Below are positions 27,877 to 37,654 of a stretch of 64,000 nucleotides of DNA, piece after piece. Under the pieces are notes generated by a model. It was not told where the DNA came from and did not search any database. It saw only the letters and a program-made list of their open reading frames with translations. How positions within the stretch are numbered: position 1 is the stretch's first letter; every line of letters begins with the position of its first letter. The translations under genes and the position numbers were made by a program. Source of the stretch: an uncultured bacterium (GTDB lineage Bacteria > Oederibacteriota > Oederibacteriia > Oederibacteriales > Oederibacteriaceae); NCBI GenBank assembly GCA_965112635.1, contig OZ218778.1, positions 1,632,001-1,696,000 on the forward strand, read 5' to 3'.

Positions 27877-28581
27877 GTGATTCTGCAGTCAAAAAAGTTC
27901 TGCTTGGAATTGGAAAATATGCCCAACCCTGAATTGACCCGAAAAGAGTTCATCAAAAAAGAGGCGGTCAGCAGTAGCATTCACGGGATTGCCACGCTTT
28001 TCAGCATTGCCGGGTTGGTTGTGCTTGTGGAAATGGCCCGGCGTTACGGCACGATCTGGCATTTGGTCAGCTTCAGCATTTATGGGGCCACCCTGGTGCT
28101 GCTCTATCTTACTTCCACCCTGTACCACGGCCTCAAGCTCACCCGGGCCAGGAGCCTTTTCCGGATCCTGGACCATTCCGCCATCTTCCTTTTGATTGCC
28201 GGAACTTATACGCCGTTTTTGCTGGTCAATCTGCGCGGGCCCTGGGGCTGGAGCATGTTCGGGGTGGAGTGGGGCCTGGCAGTCCTGGGAGTGGTGTTTA
28301 AGGTTTTTTTTGCAGGACGCCTGAGGATCATCTCGACCGGCATCTATCTGCTGATGGGATGGCTGATCGTGGTGACGATCAAACCGCTAGTTCTGAGCCT
28401 GCCCTGGACGGGAAGCCTCCTCATCCTAGTGGGAGGGTTGCTGTACACCGGAGGAGTGGTTTTTTACCACCGCCGGGATTTTTTTTATCACCATGCTGTT
28501 TGGCATCTTTGCGTGATATTGGGTAGTTTGTGCTGTTTTCTGGCCATTCTCTGGTATGTGCTGCCCGCAGGCCCCAAGTGA
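27877..28581 (+). CDS. Hemolysin III / PAQR-family membrane protein
   Basis: SSIHG, STLYH, LDHSAIFLLIAGTYTP, HAVWH motifs; about 7 TM helices. Confidence 0.92.
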   Translation: MILQSKKFCLELENMPNPELTRKEFIKKEAVSSSIHGIATLFSIAGLVVLVEMARRYGTIWHLVSFSIYGATLVLLYLTSTLYHGLKLTRARSLFRILDHSAIFLLIAGTYTPFLLVNLRGPWGWSMFGVEWGLAVLGVVFKVFFAGRLRIISTGIYLLMGWLIVVTIKPLVLSLPWTGSLLILVGGLLYTGGVVFYHRRDFFYHHAVWHLCVILGSLCCFLAILWYVLPAGPK

Positions 28582-28820
28582 GGGGAATCCGGAATTTCCT
28601 GCGGAATGGCAGGTAAAAGGCTGTTTCAGGGCCCTTTTTGTGGACTTTTAACTTCCTGTTAAATAAAATGCTTGCAATCGGTCCAGGCGTGATACACTAC
28701 ATTAAACTCTACGTGGCATTGAGTCAAGACAGCTAATGGAAAGGCTGCAAGACCTGCAAGTGGGTAGCAGCCTTTTTTTGTTTATGGCGCAAGGCTTACT
28801 AAGAAAGGAGATATGCTTCT

Positions 28821-29021
28821 ATGCCAAAAGGAACAGTAAAATGGTTCAACGAAGGCAAAGGCTACGGTTTTATCACACCGGAAGAGGGAAAAGACTTATT
28901 TGTTCATTTCTCAGGCATCAAAGGGGACGGTTTTAAGACTCTTCCCGAAGGTGCTGCGGTGGAATTTGAAATGACCGAAGGCCAAAAAGGCCCTCAGGCC
29001 ATCAACGTCGTAAAGCTCTAA
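28821..29021 (+). CDS. cspA: Cold-shock protein
   Basis: GTVKWFN..KGYGFI, DLFVHFS RNP motifs; 66 aa. Confidence 0.96.
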   Translation: MPKGTVKWFNEGKGYGFITPEEGKDLFVHFSGIKGDGFKTLPEGAAVEFEMTEGQKGPQAINVVKL

Positions 29022-29036
29022 GCTTAGACTAGAAAC

Positions 29037-29075
29037 AAAAAGCCCCTGGATACTTGCCCAGGGGCTTTTTTATTT
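29037..29075. terminator. Bidirectional intrinsic terminator
   Basis: aaaaagcccctgg-atacttgc-ccaggggcttttt followed by T-tract. Confidence 0.88.
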
Positions 29076-29137
29076 TCCAGGTAGGGCATACTCTCTACCC
29101 AATAGTCGCTAGCTATTTATTACATTGGAAAAAGGGT

Positions 29138-29479
29138 TTAATGTGTTTGGCATGTACAGGATACCGAATAACTCCAGCCATCTTCGCCGCTGCTTGCACA
29201 ACAAACCCAACCCGCGTAAGCGCTACCTCCCGGATCAAGGGTGAAACTACCCAGTGACCATTGGGCATTACTGTTGGAGTACATATAGCACATGATGTCC
29301 AAGGTTTGGTTGGTTATATTTGTCACGTAAATGTAATCCTCGTAATTCCAATTATCAGCATTATAAAGGTGTTCCATTCGAAAAGATACACAATCCGACC
29401 AGCCTGTATGGGATAACAACAGCAAACTCGAAAGCAATACAACAATCCATAGAATTCGCTTCATATTAACCTCCTTCAT
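29138..29479 (-). CDS. Small secreted Cys-containing hypothetical protein
   Basis: Signal peptide MKRILWIVVLLSSLLLL, beta-rich mature part; probable start at the second Met after GGAGG. Confidence 0.65.
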   Translation of the reverse strand: MKEVNMKRILWIVVLLSSLLLLSHTGWSDCVSFRMEHLYNADNWNYEDYIYVTNITNQTLDIMCYMYSNSNAQWSLGSFTLDPGGSAYAGWVCCASSGEDGWSYSVSCTCQTH

Positions 29480-29491
29480 TCTTGTAATGAG

Positions 29492-30013
29492 TTATTTGCC
29501 GTTCTGAGTTTGATTGCCTTCTAATTTCCCTTTTATTTTCGCCAAGGCGTTTTTGATGGCGTTTTCCATAGTCTCTAGTTTGCTTTTGGAACGTGCAATC
29601 ATTAATTGCGCGTGTTGAGTTGGACTTAAAATCTTGCTGAGCAACGTTTCCCTATCTTTTGTCGCGGCATCAGACTTCTCCTTATTTTTCGCCAGGGCAT
29701 CCATTACCTCGGTCAATTCTTTGTCTGTTGCTTTTTTACTTACCAAGTCTTCCAGCTTTTTCATGAGGGTTTGTTCTTCCGTATGTAACGCCTTCATTTT
29801 TCCATCAAACTCTTCATAAAAGCCTTTTAGTTTTCCTTTCTGGTCTGGTGTTAGTCCTATCTTATTAGATATTTTGTCAAGCCAGTGGCTACTGGGTTGT
29901 CCTCCAGAAACGCTTGCGCTCGTTTGGACCATTGTGTTATCAGCAAACGATTGCAGGGGCAAAGATAGGAAACAAGCAAACAAAAAACAAAATATGTATT
30001 TGTTTAATTTCAT
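29492..30013 (-). CDS. Spy/CpxP-family periplasmic protein
   Basis: Signal peptide, LTPDQ and LSPTQ (LTxxQ) motifs, helical. Confidence 0.75.
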   Translation of the reverse strand: MKLNKYIFCFLFACFLSLPLQSFADNTMVQTSASVSGGQPSSHWLDKISNKIGLTPDQKGKLKGFYEEFDGKMKALHTEEQTLMKKLEDLVSKKATDKELTEVMDALAKNKEKSDAATKDRETLLSKILSPTQHAQLMIARSKSKLETMENAIKNALAKIKGKLEGNQTQNGK

Positions 30014-30175
30014 TTTTCCTCCTTATCCTTTAGAATGTTTTGCAGAAATGATTATACCCCTAAAAAATATTATGAGGTATATTTAAAAGGTAGGCTAAAT
30101 ATCCTTATTAAGCTTTTTGTGTGTTAGTAGGAATACTCTCAATAAAACAATGGGATTTAAGGAGAGGTTGTTAAG

Positions 30176-31207
30176 ATGTTTAAGAAAATAATTTTTGGAA
30201 AAACTAACTTAGAAGTAAGCAGAGTCGCTTTTGGGGGGATACCCATCCAGCGTCTCTCTATGACCGATGCCGTAGAAGTGGTGCGCGAAGCTTTAGGCCT
30301 GGGGGTCAATTTTATTGATACGGCAACGGCTTACACTGACAGCCAAGAAAAGATCGGCTTGGCTATAAAAGATATTCCCAGGCATAGGTTAGTTTTAGCG
30401 TCTAAGTCAGGAGTTAATGATAAGGCCACCATCCTAAAGGATATAGATAACTCCCTGAAGATGCTGAGAACCGATTACGTGGATATTTATCAGCTGCATA
30501 ATGTAGCCTCTGAGGAAAAGTTTAACGCAGTAATGGGAGAGGGCGGGGCTTACGCAGGTATTATGGAAGCCGTCAAGCAGGGCAAGGTGAGATTCCCGGG
30601 ATTTAGTTCCCATGCAATGAATTATGCAAAAAAGATGATAATGACTGACAAGTTCTTTTCTGTCCAAGTTCCTTATAATTTTATTGACCGCCAAGCTGAG
30701 GATGAGGTCATTACACTTGCGAAACAGAGGAATATGGGCATCATTGCGATGAAGCCGTTAGGCGGAGGCCTTTTAGACAATGCCGTTCTTTGTTTTAAAT
30801 ATTTATTGCAGATGGATGGAGTTGTTCCTGATCCAGGTATAGAAAAGCTCGGTCAAATGAGAGAGATAGTCGAGATCGTAAAAAAGGGCACTGTTTTGAG
30901 CCCTTCAGAAATGGCAGAAATGGATAGGATCCGCAGGGAAGTGGGGGATAGCTGGTGCCATCGCTGCGATTATTGCCAGCCCTGCCCTCAGCTAATAGCC
31001 ATAAGTACCATTCTTTGGGTTAGATCATTTGTAAAAAGAATGGCCTATAGGGCATCCTCCTGGGTTGATAAGGAAATGGCGCGTGTTGACCAATGCACCG
31101 AATGCAGGACCTGCGTGGATCGGTGTCCTTATCATTTAGATATTCCAAAATTACTTAAACAGAACTTGTCTGTATGGCAAGAGTATATCAGCCAACAACA
31201 GCGCTAA
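30176..31207 (+). CDS. Aldo/keto reductase with C-terminal Fe-S dicluster
   Basis: FGGIPIQR, NFIDTA..Y, DIYQLH, AMKPLGGG; CHRCDYCQPCP and CTECRTC..RCP. Confidence 0.92.
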   Translation: MFKKIIFGKTNLEVSRVAFGGIPIQRLSMTDAVEVVREALGLGVNFIDTATAYTDSQEKIGLAIKDIPRHRLVLASKSGVNDKATILKDIDNSLKMLRTDYVDIYQLHNVASEEKFNAVMGEGGAYAGIMEAVKQGKVRFPGFSSHAMNYAKKMIMTDKFFSVQVPYNFIDRQAEDEVITLAKQRNMGIIAMKPLGGGLLDNAVLCFKYLLQMDGVVPDPGIEKLGQMREIVEIVKKGTVLSPSEMAEMDRIRREVGDSWCHRCDYCQPCPQLIAISTILWVRSFVKRMAYRASSWVDKEMARVDQCTECRTCVDRCPYHLDIPKLLKQNLSVWQEYISQQQR

Positions 31208-31275
31208 AATAATGGGTGAGATTAAGACGCGGTTGGGTTAATTGCATTAACTAACTTAAAATTGCTTAAAATGTC

Positions 31276-31315
31276 AAAAAACGGGGACGCGATTATCGCT
31301 TTCCCGTTTTTTTTT
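31276..31315 (+). terminator. Intrinsic terminator
   Basis: aaaaaacggg...cccgttttttttt hairpin with T-tract. Confidence 0.75.
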
Positions 31316-31421
31316 AAGGCTTTTAATTGTTTCCATGTCCTTGAAAGAACAACGAGGGGTTATCACTCGTTAATGGTAAAATACCATTATATGTGGCTAT
31401 TTTTCTAACCAGGATAGAATT

Positions 31422-34400
31422 ATGACCCTAAAAAATTCTGTGGCAAAAATTATAGAAGCACTTGCACTGCTTTTACTTATTATTCCGACGTTATTTCCTC
31501 AATCCTGCTTTAGCCAGGCCACTAGCTATGGTCAAAATAAAGCACAGTGGAGGAATTTTCAGTGGTATATCTTTGAAACCCCTCATTTCACTATTTACTA
31601 TTACCCAGAAGAAGAAAAGGTCGCTCAAGAGGTCTGTCAAATAGCAGAGCAGGCTTTCCAGCATGATACTAAAGTAATGGGTTTCGTCCCTACAAAACGC
31701 ATTCCGATATTTTTGTACTTGACGCCTGGAGATTTTGAGCAAACGAATGTTGTGGCCGAAGACCTTGGAGATGGAGTGGGTGGTGTGACTGAGATGTTGA
31801 AAAACCGCATCACCATTCCAGCGGGGACATCCGAGCATGATCTCACCAAGGTCATCACACACGAGATGGTTCATGCGCTCCAATTTGACGTCATGTATGG
31901 TGAGGGTCTTCCTCGGACGTATCAAGTGTATCGCGCGGCTTTTGTTCCGCAGTGGCTTATGGAAGGCACTGCAGAATACGGCGCCCAGGATTGGGACAAT
32001 GAGGCGGATATGTTCATGCGAGACGCTGTCATTAACGAAAGGATTAAAATGCCCAGCAGACTTTATGGTTTTGAGTATTTGGATGGGCATGAGATCTTTT
32101 TAGCCTATAAAACCTCTCAGGCTTTCATGCAATATCTTTCCGACAATTATGGACCAGAAAAGATAGGCCAGATATTCAAGAAATTTCAAAAACAACTGAC
32201 CATTGGACAGATCATTAAGGAAGTTACCGGAAAGGAGCAGAAGGAGGTAGAAGAGAATTTTCGTTTTCAACTGATGCGTAAATATTGGACCCAGTCCAAT
32301 GGCCTAAAAGCAGCTAGGGAATACGCCAAGCAGATGACTTTCCAGTCTAAAGAAGATATCAGTATGAATCTTTCGCCAGCTTGGTCTCCTGATGGAAAGC
32401 AAATGGTGTTCCTGGCAGACAAAGCTGGATATCTGGATATTTATCTGATGAATATTGAGACCCAGGAAACGCAGTCTTTGGTGGGCATGAGGTTTGAGTC
32501 AATATCAGGGGAAGGTAATCCTGTCTCTTGGTCACCTGATCAAAAGGAATTGGGTTTTGTGGCTCGCGAAAGAGGTAAGGATAAAATTTGCATTTATGAC
32601 ATATCCACGCACGTCATCAACAAGATGGACCTCCCTTTGGATGATGTGGGGTCTCCGGTTTGGTCCCCCGATGGAAAGGAGATTGCCTTTAAAGGTTCCA
32701 AAGCAGGGCAATCGGACCTCTATGTTGTGGCAGTTTCCGGGGAGGGTTTACGGCAACTTAATAGCGACAGAGCCGACGATACTGCGCCATCCTGGTCTCC
32801 GGATGGTCGATGTATCGCTTACACTACCGAAAAGAATTCTTTTAAGCAAATAGCGTTGATCCCGGCCAAAGGGGGTACGCCAACTTTATTAACTGGGGGA
32901 GAGGTTGAACATAGAAATCCGCATTGGTCGCCAGACGGACGGAAATTGATCTACTCATCTGATGAAAATGGTTTTTTTTGTTTGTATACTATGAACAGGG
33001 ACGGAAGCCAAATAGAACAGTTAACAAGTACTTTTGAAGGGGATTTTTCACCTTCCTATTCACCAGGAGGCGGAAAAGTTGCATTCTCTAGTTACTCCGA
33101 TTCTTGTTTCAATATTTATGTCTTAACAATACCTTCTGCCACTAGACCCTTAAGTCAAGAAGCTAAGGCGCGGGAGATGAAATTATTGCAGTATGCGGAC
33201 CCCCTAGGCTTGGCTTATCCCTTTGAGCACAAAACTCCCACTCCGGTCCCTGTAGTTCAATCCCAACCAAAATCAGTTGTTGCCATACCGACCGAAATCA
33301 GTGTGACTCTAACGGCTGAGGTCAATCTGTCAGCAGTAAACAAGACGATTACTGCGAATACTCATGTGGATGGGGGCGGAGCCGAGTCCGCCGGAAATGT
33401 CATTACAAAGAAAAAATATGAATTCGAAATGAGCCCAGACCTGTTCCTCCTATTGGCTGGATATGACAGTGCGGCTGGTTTTGTCGGAGGTGGCTATATA
33501 AGCCTTAGCGATATGCCCGGTGACCACCAGATGGTGCTGTACGGGGAGGGTTTGCCTTCCATTCAACAGGTAGTTCAATGCAGTTATACCAACAGCCGTA
33601 GTCTGCTCAATTATGGAATCTCGGCCAGTTATGCGCAGTCTGTCCAGCCCTATCTGGATACCACTACCAATCAAATCAATGATTATAATCAGTTGACGGA
33701 ACAGGTGCAGTTCTATGGAATTCTTCCTTTAAGCCGCTTTGACCGGATAGAAAGTGGCCCCTATGTGAACCGGATGTCAGTAAATTATAATGCCCCTGAT
33801 ATTTCATCCTTTGCGGTGGTTGATACCGGTGTTTTTGCTGCCTATGTTCACGACCAAATTTCACGCGTTTTTATCGAGCCAATATCCGGATTCGGTTTTA
33901 GATTTAATGTTAGCGACAATGAGAAATTAATGGGAGGAAACAGACAATACACTGCTTACTTGGCAGATTTTCAGGATTATTTCAATTTTGGAAGCGGATA
34001 TTGGCGTGAGGCTGTTCTTGGTTTCAATTTAACCGGTGAATTCTTAGATGGAGGATATGCTGATACTAGTACGGGTTTAGCTTCGATCCTTACCTTGGAT
34101 AGTGGGTCCGTGCGCGGCTTGACCACGGAGGAAGCCTACGGTAACAAACTAATCAGCGCAACAGCAGAGTTTAGGATTCCGAGTGTTAAAGAGATCAACT
34201 ACGATGTATCCCTTCCTTTTATCGACGCTTTTATGTTGCGAGACTTATATTTTGCTCTTTTTACCGATTGTGGTTATGTTTGGGATACCCCTGAGGTCGT
34301 AAGTATCAATAAAATCAAAAACAGCGTAGGGACAGGATTGAGATTGGCGGTTTTTGTATTGCAGTCTTACCCTGCTTTACTCCGTTTTGATGTGGCCCAA

Positions 34401-34457
34401 AGAACTGACAATGGTGATGGACCAGCATATTATTTTGCCTTGGGCGAGAAATTTTAG
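31422..34457 (+). CDS. Outer-membrane protein: zincin-like domain, PD40/TolB beta-propeller and Omp85 barrel
   Basis: HEMVH...WLMEGTAEY, six WSPD/YSPG repeats, NSVGTGLR and C-terminal ..LGEKF barrel signature. Confidence 0.85.
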   Translation: MTLKNSVAKIIEALALLLLIIPTLFPQSCFSQATSYGQNKAQWRNFQWYIFETPHFTIYYYPEEEKVAQEVCQIAEQAFQHDTKVMGFVPTKRIPIFLYLTPGDFEQTNVVAEDLGDGVGGVTEMLKNRITIPAGTSEHDLTKVITHEMVHALQFDVMYGEGLPRTYQVYRAAFVPQWLMEGTAEYGAQDWDNEADMFMRDAVINERIKMPSRLYGFEYLDGHEIFLAYKTSQAFMQYLSDNYGPEKIGQIFKKFQKQLTIGQIIKEVTGKEQKEVEENFRFQLMRKYWTQSNGLKAAREYAKQMTFQSKEDISMNLSPAWSPDGKQMVFLADKAGYLDIYLMNIETQETQSLVGMRFESISGEGNPVSWSPDQKELGFVARERGKDKICIYDISTHVINKMDLPLDDVGSPVWSPDGKEIAFKGSKAGQSDLYVVAVSGEGLRQLNSDRADDTAPSWSPDGRCIAYTTEKNSFKQIALIPAKGGTPTLLTGGEVEHRNPHWSPDGRKLIYSSDENGFFCLYTMNRDGSQIEQLTSTFEGDFSPSYSPGGGKVAFSSYSDSCFNIYVLTIPSATRPLSQEAKAREMKLLQYADPLGLAYPFEHKTPTPVPVVQSQPKSVVAIPTEISVTLTAEVNLSAVNKTITANTHVDGGGAESAGNVITKKKYEFEMSPDLFLLLAGYDSAAGFVGGGYISLSDMPGDHQMVLYGEGLPSIQQVVQCSYTNSRSLLNYGISASYAQSVQPYLDTTTNQINDYNQLTEQVQFYGILPLSRFDRIESGPYVNRMSVNYNAPDISSFAVVDTGVFAAYVHDQISRVFIEPISGFGFRFNVSDNEKLMGGNRQYTAYLADFQDYFNFGSGYWREAVLGFNLTGEFLDGGYADTSTGLASILTLDSGSVRGLTTEEAYGNKLISATAEFRIPSVKEINYDVSLPFIDAFMLRDLYFALFTDCGYVWDTPEVVSINKIKNSVGTGLRLAVFVLQSYPALLRFDVAQRTDNGDGPAYYFALGEKF

Positions 34458-34530
34458 GCCTTTTGCAGGACCAAAGAAAGACCACTGATCCAATCAACTG
34501 CCAATCGTATTACCTGTGGCAATTGCACAA

Positions 34531-36036
34531 CTATTTCTTTGCTGCAGGGCGTTTTTTAGCCTTATCACTTTCCAGGGCATTCCGGGTAGCTTCTTCCGCA
34601 TTCTTTCTCATCTGGGCGATATTTTTGGTGACCAGGCGAGCCGCACCTTTATATTGTTTTGTTTTAATGAGCTTGCCGGTTTTCAGCCTTTTACGGGCTG
34701 CGGCAATGGCTTTTTTGTACTGAGGCAGCCACCGGGCCTGGGCCACCAGCATTTCATCCACCATCTGCCAGACCTCTGGCGGATTGCAGACAGCCCCGAC
34801 CAGGGGGTCCATCAGCATGGCCTGGCGCAGCAGCAGATCATCACCGTGGACCGCGGCTTCTACGGCTAACCGCTGCACTGTTATGCTGGCGTTACAAACC
34901 GCCGCGCATCCCAGGGGCAGGTCTCCTACACGGGGGATATTGATGCCGTTCCGGTCAACATAACCAGGGACTTCAACGATGGCATCGTCGGGCAGGTTGG
35001 TGATGCATCCGTTGTTGACCACATTAAAATAGCCCCGGTAGATGCGCCCGGTTTCCAAACCTTCGATAATATAACTGCCATGTTCCGAGCTTCTTTTTTC
35101 TGAGGGTATTTTTTCCGGAGGTTCGCTCAATAATTTAGGAAATTCACTTTCAAACCAGTTGCGTCCTTCCGTGCATACCCGCAAGTAACCGCCGGTTTCG
35201 CCGTTGATCCATGTTCCCAGGTCGATCCATTTTTTGATTTCTTGCGGGCGCTTGCGGTACCAGGGAACATACTCGCTCAGGTGGCCGTTGGATTCCGTGC
35301 TGTAGTAGCCGAACCGGCGCAGCATATCAATACGAACTTTTTCCGTTTTGCTGAATTCCGGATGTTTCTCATAGGCAGCAAGCAACTTTCCGGTCAAATC
35401 CTGGCCTTTATGCTGTACCTTGATGAACCAGGTTTGGTGGTTGATGCCGGCCGCGATGATATCCAATTCGCTTTGTTTGATACCCAGCAATTCCGAGATC
35501 TGCCAATATACCCCCTGCACCCCGTGACAAAGGCCGACGGTCGGGACGCTTCCGTAGACATTAGCGGCCCAGGTCATCATGGCATTAGGGTTGGCATAGT
35601 TCAAAAGCCGGCAGCCGGGAGCAGCCACCTCACGAATATCCTTGCAAAAATCCAGGATGGCGGCGATACCGCGCTGGCCATACATAATGCCTCCGGCACA
35701 GAGTGTGTCCCCGACACATTGGTCCACTCCATAACGGAGGGGAATTTCCACATCCGTCTTGAAACCTTCCAGCCTGCCGATGCGCGCCACACAAAATACA
35801 TAATTGGCTCCCTTAACGGCTTTGCGTCGGTCTAGGGTGCTGGTGAGGCGGGTTGGAAGATTGTTTGCTTTGATATCCCGTTGCAACAGGCGCTCCACCA
35901 TGCGCAGGTTGAACCTGCTGATATCCATTAAAGCGATCTCGCAATCCTGGAGCTCAGGTACGCTCAGCAGGTCCTGCACGAGTTTACGCGTGAATCCAAC
36001 GCTGCCGGCGCCTATAAAAGCAATTTTAAGCCCCAT
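34531..36036 (-). CDS. melA: GH4 alpha-galactosidase/alpha-glucosidase
   Basis: KIAFIGAGS, GDTLCAGG, NYANP, GLCHG, GINHQ; ATG 36036 after AGGAGG. Confidence 0.88.
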   Translation of the reverse strand: MGLKIAFIGAGSVGFTRKLVQDLLSVPELQDCEIALMDISRFNLRMVERLLQRDIKANNLPTRLTSTLDRRKAVKGANYVFCVARIGRLEGFKTDVEIPLRYGVDQCVGDTLCAGGIMYGQRGIAAILDFCKDIREVAAPGCRLLNYANPNAMMTWAANVYGSVPTVGLCHGVQGVYWQISELLGIKQSELDIIAAGINHQTWFIKVQHKGQDLTGKLLAAYEKHPEFSKTEKVRIDMLRRFGYYSTESNGHLSEYVPWYRKRPQEIKKWIDLGTWINGETGGYLRVCTEGRNWFESEFPKLLSEPPEKIPSEKRSSEHGSYIIEGLETGRIYRGYFNVVNNGCITNLPDDAIVEVPGYVDRNGINIPRVGDLPLGCAAVCNASITVQRLAVEAAVHGDDLLLRQAMLMDPLVGAVCNPPEVWQMVDEMLVAQARWLPQYKKAIAAARKRLKTGKLIKTKQYKGAARLVTKNIAQMRKNAEEATRNALESDKAKKRPAAKK

Positions 36037-36239
36037 CACCAAACCTCCTGTATGAAATTTTATGGAAAGAAGCTGTAACTTAGAAAAATAATTATAGCAC
36101 TCCTTATTAAAAAAAAGGGAGCGCAAAAGCAGGCGTGCGTAGGGATGCGACACCTGCGGTTCTACTGGCAAACAAGATTTGAGTACGTTGCTTTTTAAAT
36201 ATTGCATTGGTATAGTTAATTAACGGAGGAAATATTCCA

Positions 36240-37163
36240 TTGAATAATCAACATAGAGGTTTATGGCATTTTCTATTCAGGGCTGTGTGGACCATTATGT
36301 TTATTCCCCATAGCCAACGCCGTACTGTGGCTTTACGCATACCCGTAGCGTTGACGTATTTAGTGATTTTTTGTTTTTTGGGTTCCTTAGGGTGGTCCCT
36401 ATTTATTATTTCCAGGCATATTCAATATGAATCTGTGATCAAAGACACGCAAAGGCTACGCGAGGAAAAAAGTTTATTTGCCGCAGAATTATCAAAAGGC
36501 AATGATGCCTTACAGAGAGTTGCCTACCTCGAATCATCCCTTAAGAAAATTATTAAGAAGGCTGATATCAAAACAAAGAAGTTGGTCATTGGATACCTTG
36601 GACAAGGTGGACCCACAGAAGATGATCAGGTGAATTTGCAGCGTATTTTGGAGAAAAGGGCTGATATTTCTCCGGAAGATTTGCTCAGGCAGGTTGAAAA
36701 ATTTAACCGTGATGCCGAGGAAAGGGAGAAGAATTTTGGTGAACTCGTTGAATCTTTTACTGCCATTCCGTTCGGCCTTCCGGTCAAAGGTTGGATTACC
36801 TCGACCTTTGGCGAGAGAGTTTCTCCTGTCAGCGGGGAAGCCGGAGATTTTCACTGGGGAGTAGATATTGCCAATGTTAAGGGAACTCCAGTCCATACCA
36901 CCGCTGACGGGGTCGTGACTTTTGCTGGTGAAGAAGGTGGTTATGGTAAGCTTGTGGTCATCCAGCACGGTTTTGGCTATACAACACGTTATGGCCATAA
37001 CAACCTTATTCAGGTGGTTCTTGGGCAAAAGGTCAAGAGGGGCGATGTTATTAGTTTTATGGGCTCAACGGGATATACCACAGGGACCCATTGCCATTAT
37101 GAAATAAGAAGGTATGGTATTCCTGTCAATCCTTTGAATAAGCAATTTGGTTATGCGGATTAA
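36240..37163 (+). CDS. M23 family metallopeptidase with N-terminal TM and coiled coil
   Basis: HWGVD (HxxxD), YGH, GSTG.TTGTHCHYE. Confidence 0.92.
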   Translation: MNNQHRGLWHFLFRAVWTIMFIPHSQRRTVALRIPVALTYLVIFCFLGSLGWSLFIISRHIQYESVIKDTQRLREEKSLFAAELSKGNDALQRVAYLESSLKKIIKKADIKTKKLVIGYLGQGGPTEDDQVNLQRILEKRADISPEDLLRQVEKFNRDAEEREKNFGELVESFTAIPFGLPVKGWITSTFGERVSPVSGEAGDFHWGVDIANVKGTPVHTTADGVVTFAGEEGGYGKLVVIQHGFGYTTRYGHNNLIQVVLGQKVKRGDVISFMGSTGYTTGTHCHYEIRRYGIPVNPLNKQFGYAD

Positions 37164-37201
37164 AAACGCCAGGAGTCGGTCATGAAAGATAAGGATTTTC
37201 T

Positions 37202-37561
37202 TTGATGAATTTTGGGAAAATTGAAACAGTTGTCGGTAATGGTACTGAGATAAAGGGTAATATTGTTACAAAGGGGACAATTCGAGTGGACGGGAGAGTA
37301 GAAGGAGAAATTATCAGTGAAGAAGGTGTTGTGGTTGGCGAAACAGGCATCGTTAGGGGTGATTTGACAGGAAAAAGCGTTATTGTCGGCGGTAAGGTGA
37401 CTGGGGATGTCAGCTCCCATAGCACGGTTGAATTATTACCTACGGCACAGTTGGTTGGTGATGTAAGAGCAGTGCGCTTGGTTATTGCCGAAGGGGTTGT
37501 TTTTGACGGAAACTGCGAAACCGTTAAAGATAAGTCCGAAGGTGAAAGAAAAAATAAGTAG
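37202..37561 (+). CDS. Bactofilin (polymer-forming cytoskeletal protein)
   Basis: Gly/Val/Ile beta-helix repeats IRVDG.VEG, IAEGVVFDGNC. Confidence 0.93.
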   Translation: MMNFGKIETVVGNGTEIKGNIVTKGTIRVDGRVEGEIISEEGVVVGETGIVRGDLTGKSVIVGGKVTGDVSSHSTVELLPTAQLVGDVRAVRLVIAEGVVFDGNCETVKDKSEGERKNK

Positions 37562-37654
37562 ATTCTCTTAAGCCACGATAAGGAGATCCATACGAATATT
37601 CAGGGTTTATCCCAAAAACCTAAAGTAAAAGATCTCATTGCCATCCTTGAGAAA

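Noticed and set aside
36095-36170. c-di-GMP-I riboswitch suggested by gggagcgcaaaagc and adjacent hairpins
   Set aside because: Lacks the upstream GGCAAAC/GNRA P2 stem and tetraloop-receptor arrangement
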